Origin: Minisyncoccia bacterium
GTDB lineage: Bacteria > Patescibacteriota > Minisyncoccia > Phycocordibacterales > CSBR16-119
Direction of reading: 5' to 3'
Assembly: GCA_047619465.1 (NCBI GenBank)
Contig: JBLHJW010000001.1
Span: 8,911-72,910, forward strand
DNA length: 64,000 nucleotides
Numbering within the stretch: the stretch's first letter is position 1; every line of letters begins with the position of its first letter. The notes beneath the pieces are model-generated. The model did no database searches. It was given only the letters and a program-made list of their open reading frames with translations, and was not told where the DNA came from. A program made the position numbers and the translations under genes. Shown in pieces: positions 61,735 through 64,000 of the stretch.

Positions 61735-62250
61735 TTAAAGGATCCTTCTTCTGGCTCTTCTTCCCCTTCTCACAACAAGATGAGCTCCGAAGAATTTTGC
61801 AGCCAAATTCTCAAAATCTTGAAAGGTGTAAGTTCTGCCGTCATCAAAATAGTCAAAATCTTCTAATGACATTATATTGTTGAATCGACCCTCCAGAGAA
61901 GGCAACGTCTTGCTGTAATAAACGTTATAAGCCTTACCGAGTTCATACTTTCTATAATGAACGATCGTACTATGATCTCTGTAAACAGAAGATCCAAGCA
62001 GGATTACCCCTGCTGATGGATGCTTCATTGTCATCATGCGACAAATAAATTTCCTTGCTATGACAGTTTTCTTTGTACCACCCTTTCTAGTAACACCTAG
62101 AACCGTTAAACCTAGAACATCTTTTACTGTTCTATATGCAATCTTCAATCGCCTTAAATAAACAAAGGATTCATAGGCCGAGAAGTTTTCTGGAAAACAA
62201 AGAATTATCTCATCTACACATGCTGGAACTTTTTTTCCTTTTTCTTTCAT
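61735..62250 (-). CDS. stand-alone DnaA domain IV-like HTH protein
   Basis: VKDVLGLT...KKTVIARKFICRMM...LLGSSVYRDHSTIVHY, carrying the DnaA signature RDHSTIVH. Confidence 0.65.
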   Translation of the reverse strand: MKEKGKKVPACVDEIILCFPENFSAYESFVYLRRLKIAYRTVKDVLGLTVLGVTRKGGTKKTVIARKFICRMMTMKHPSAGVILLGSSVYRDHSTIVHYRKYELGKAYNVYYSKTLPSLEGRFNNIMSLEDFDYFDDGRTYTFQDFENLAAKFFGAHLVVRRGRRARRRIL

Positions 62251-62335
62251 TGCGCACTTTTTTAAAAAGATTAACCTTAAACAACATTTTCTGCAAGAGT
62301 CAAAAAAAGACCCTCTGTTTGGGTCTTTTTTATTT

Positions 62336-63514
62336 CTAATTTTTATATGCTCTTAATATTTTATCAATTTTTACAGCAATAAGGACAAAGTCTTTTTCTT
62401 TCTTTCCTCGAGTGGTCTCAGCTGGTGTTCCAAGTCTAACCCCCGATGGATTCATGGGCTTTCTAGTGTCAAAAGGTATTTGGTTTTTGTTTACTATAAT
62501 ATTATTTTGTTCAAGAATCTCGCTGGCCTCTTTTCCTCCAATCTTTAATGTTCCCCAAACGTCAATCAAAATAATATGGTTATCTGTTCCTCCAGATACG
62601 ATTCTCCATCCAAGGCTTTTTAGTTTATCTGAAAGAGCTTTGGCATTTAGAACAACCTGTTTTGCGTAAATCTTGAAGCTTGTTTGTGTTGCCTCGTTTA
62701 ATGCTACAGCTGTTGATAGAATCTGATTCATATGTGGACCTCCCTGCATTCCTGGGAATACCGCTTTATCTATTCGATCTGAATAATCAGAGATGTCTTT
62801 TCTAGAGAAGATTAGTGCAGCACGTGGACCTCGGAGAGTTTTGTGAACTGTAGTAGTTACAATATCAGCATACGGAAAAGGGCTTGTATGTGCCCCACCA
62901 GCAACCAGTCCAGCAATGTGTGCCATATCCACCATCAATATTGCCCCACAACTATCTGCAATTTCGCGGAACTTCTTCCAGTTCACTTTTCTGGAGTAAG
63001 CAGAGAATCCTGCAACTATAAGCTGAGGTTTTTCCTTCATTGCGATTCGCATGACAGCATCGTAATTGATCTTTTCAGTGTCGGGATCAACACTGTATGG
63101 AACTTGCTTCCACATCTTCCCTGTTATAGAAACCTTATACCCGTGAGACAAGTGACCACCTGAGTCTAGCGTCATAGCCATGATTTTCCCTCCAAAAGGA
63201 ACCAGTGCAGAAAACACAGCCATGTTTGCTGGGGTACCAGAAAGGGACTGAACATTTACATGCCACTTTTTATCTGAAAGTTTAAAGAGTTTTCGAGCTC
63301 GGTTTTGAACTAGGTCCTCTAACTCATCTACAAATTGATTCCCTCCATAGTATCTTGCTTTTGAATACCCTTCTGCGTACTTGTTTGTGTACTCAGAACC
63401 AAGAGCTTCTAAAACATCTTTAGATACGTAGTTCTCAGAAGCGATTAGATTGATCGCTTTTTTCTGGCGAGCTTTTTCGTTTTTTAAGAGTTTAGCAATT
63501 TGTTTATCTTTCAT
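62336..63514 (-). CDS. glyA: serine hydroxymethyltransferase
   Basis: LIASEN, NKYAEGY, GGHLSHG, DMAHIAGL, TTTVHKTLRGPR, FPGMQGGP. Confidence 0.98.
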   Translation of the reverse strand: MKDKQIAKLLKNEKARQKKAINLIASENYVSKDVLEALGSEYTNKYAEGYSKARYYGGNQFVDELEDLVQNRARKLFKLSDKKWHVNVQSLSGTPANMAVFSALVPFGGKIMAMTLDSGGHLSHGYKVSITGKMWKQVPYSVDPDTEKINYDAVMRIAMKEKPQLIVAGFSAYSRKVNWKKFREIADSCGAILMVDMAHIAGLVAGGAHTSPFPYADIVTTTVHKTLRGPRAALIFSRKDISDYSDRIDKAVFPGMQGGPHMNQILSTAVALNEATQTSFKIYAKQVVLNAKALSDKLKSLGWRIVSGGTDNHIILIDVWGTLKIGGKEASEILEQNNIIVNKNQIPFDTRKPMNPSGVRLGTPAETTRGKKEKDFVLIAVKIDKILRAYKN

Positions 63515-63584
63515 AGTCTCTATCCTACCCTATTTGCAAAAATAGGACAATTTGAGTAAGGTTAGAAAAACAAATGTGATCATT

Positions 63585-64000
63585 ATGAAAAAAACAGCAA
63601 TAGATTGGTTTCCCTTAATTGTGGACCCTTGTAAAGAACAAGCCAAAAACAAAGCTGAGCAATATGGATCTTCATGGACCATTTACAGACCAGCAGGTCT
63701 TCGCGATAAGCTTTTCATTAAGGCTTCACGAATTAGAACAATTCAAGAAGCTGGAGAGAACAAAGTCGGTGAATCCATTGAAGGAGAATTTCAAGCAATC
63801 TTGAATTATTCTCTCATGGGACTCATTCAAATCGAACGAGGTTTTGAGGAAGCAAAACTCTATCCTCAAGAGGTTCTGTCCCTCTACGAAAAAGAATCAG
63901 CTCTATGTCTTAAGCTTATGGAGAAAAAAAACCATGACTATGGTGAAGCATGGCGAGGCATGTCTCAAGAAGGTATTACGGATGAGATACTTGTAAAGCT
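63585..64000 (+). CDS. DUF1599 (nucleotide-modification-associated) domain protein, truncated at the right edge
   Basis: Manual translation: MKKTAIDWFPLIVDPCKEQAKNKAEQYGSSWTIYRP..LRDKLFIKASRIRTIQE..ENKVGESIEGEF..ILNYSLMGLIQI...LMEKKNHDYGEAWRGM, with the K..xYG.aW repeat occurring twice. Confidence 0.8.
   Translation, partial: MKKTAIDWFPLIVDPCKEQAKNKAEQYGSSWTIYRPAGLRDKLFIKASRIRTIQEAGENKVGESIEGEFQAILNYSLMGLIQIERGFEEAKLYPQEVLSLYEKESALCLKLMEKKNHDYGEAWRGMSQEGITDEILVK

Noticed and set aside
60988-62391. Prophage or integrative element at glyA
   Set aside because: Only about 0.8 kb between the repeats and no integrase or phage genes; kept only as a cassette-like duplication finding.

Overview
AT-rich bacterial chromosome segment, genetic code 11, with most genes on the minus strand. 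Gene content and style point to a Patescibacteria/CPR (Parcubacteria-like) genome: a 23S-5S unit unlinked from 16S and carrying a group I intron, eukaryote/archaea-type GlyRS, type-2 IleRS with an inserted domain, few Shine-Dalgarno sites, and CPR-style hypothetical proteins. The taxonomy is inferred. Housekeeping genes include typA, htpX/lemA, secDF, folD, rodA, rplJL, ftsK, recA, efp, rpsF-ssb-rpsR, tatD, metG, glyQS, recO, ileS, argS and glyA. There is also a surface-glycan cluster with two sulfotransferases and a gmd pseudogene, a collagen-stalk protein and a large S-layer-like protein. Most notable unexplained structures: (1) a small GIY-YIG nuclease gene embedded in clusters of CGTC-tagged REP-like palindromes, with further copies elsewhere in the window (a REPtron-like layout without a tyrosine transposase); (2) two stand-alone DnaA domain-IV-like genes in tandem units that duplicate the glyA 3' end and terminator, plus a similar terminator-duplicating cassette pair near secD; (3) a dispersed family of interrupted hairpins with CAAGCGAG/CGAGCGAA loops; (4) an HTH gene loaded with TGTCTTTTATAA repeats; (5) an ileS T-box joining an actinobacterial-type ultrashort Stem I to a transcription terminator; (6) two convergent sulfotransferase paralogs that end in one perfect palindrome. 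All calls were made by eye from the sequence and ORF track; no database searches were run.
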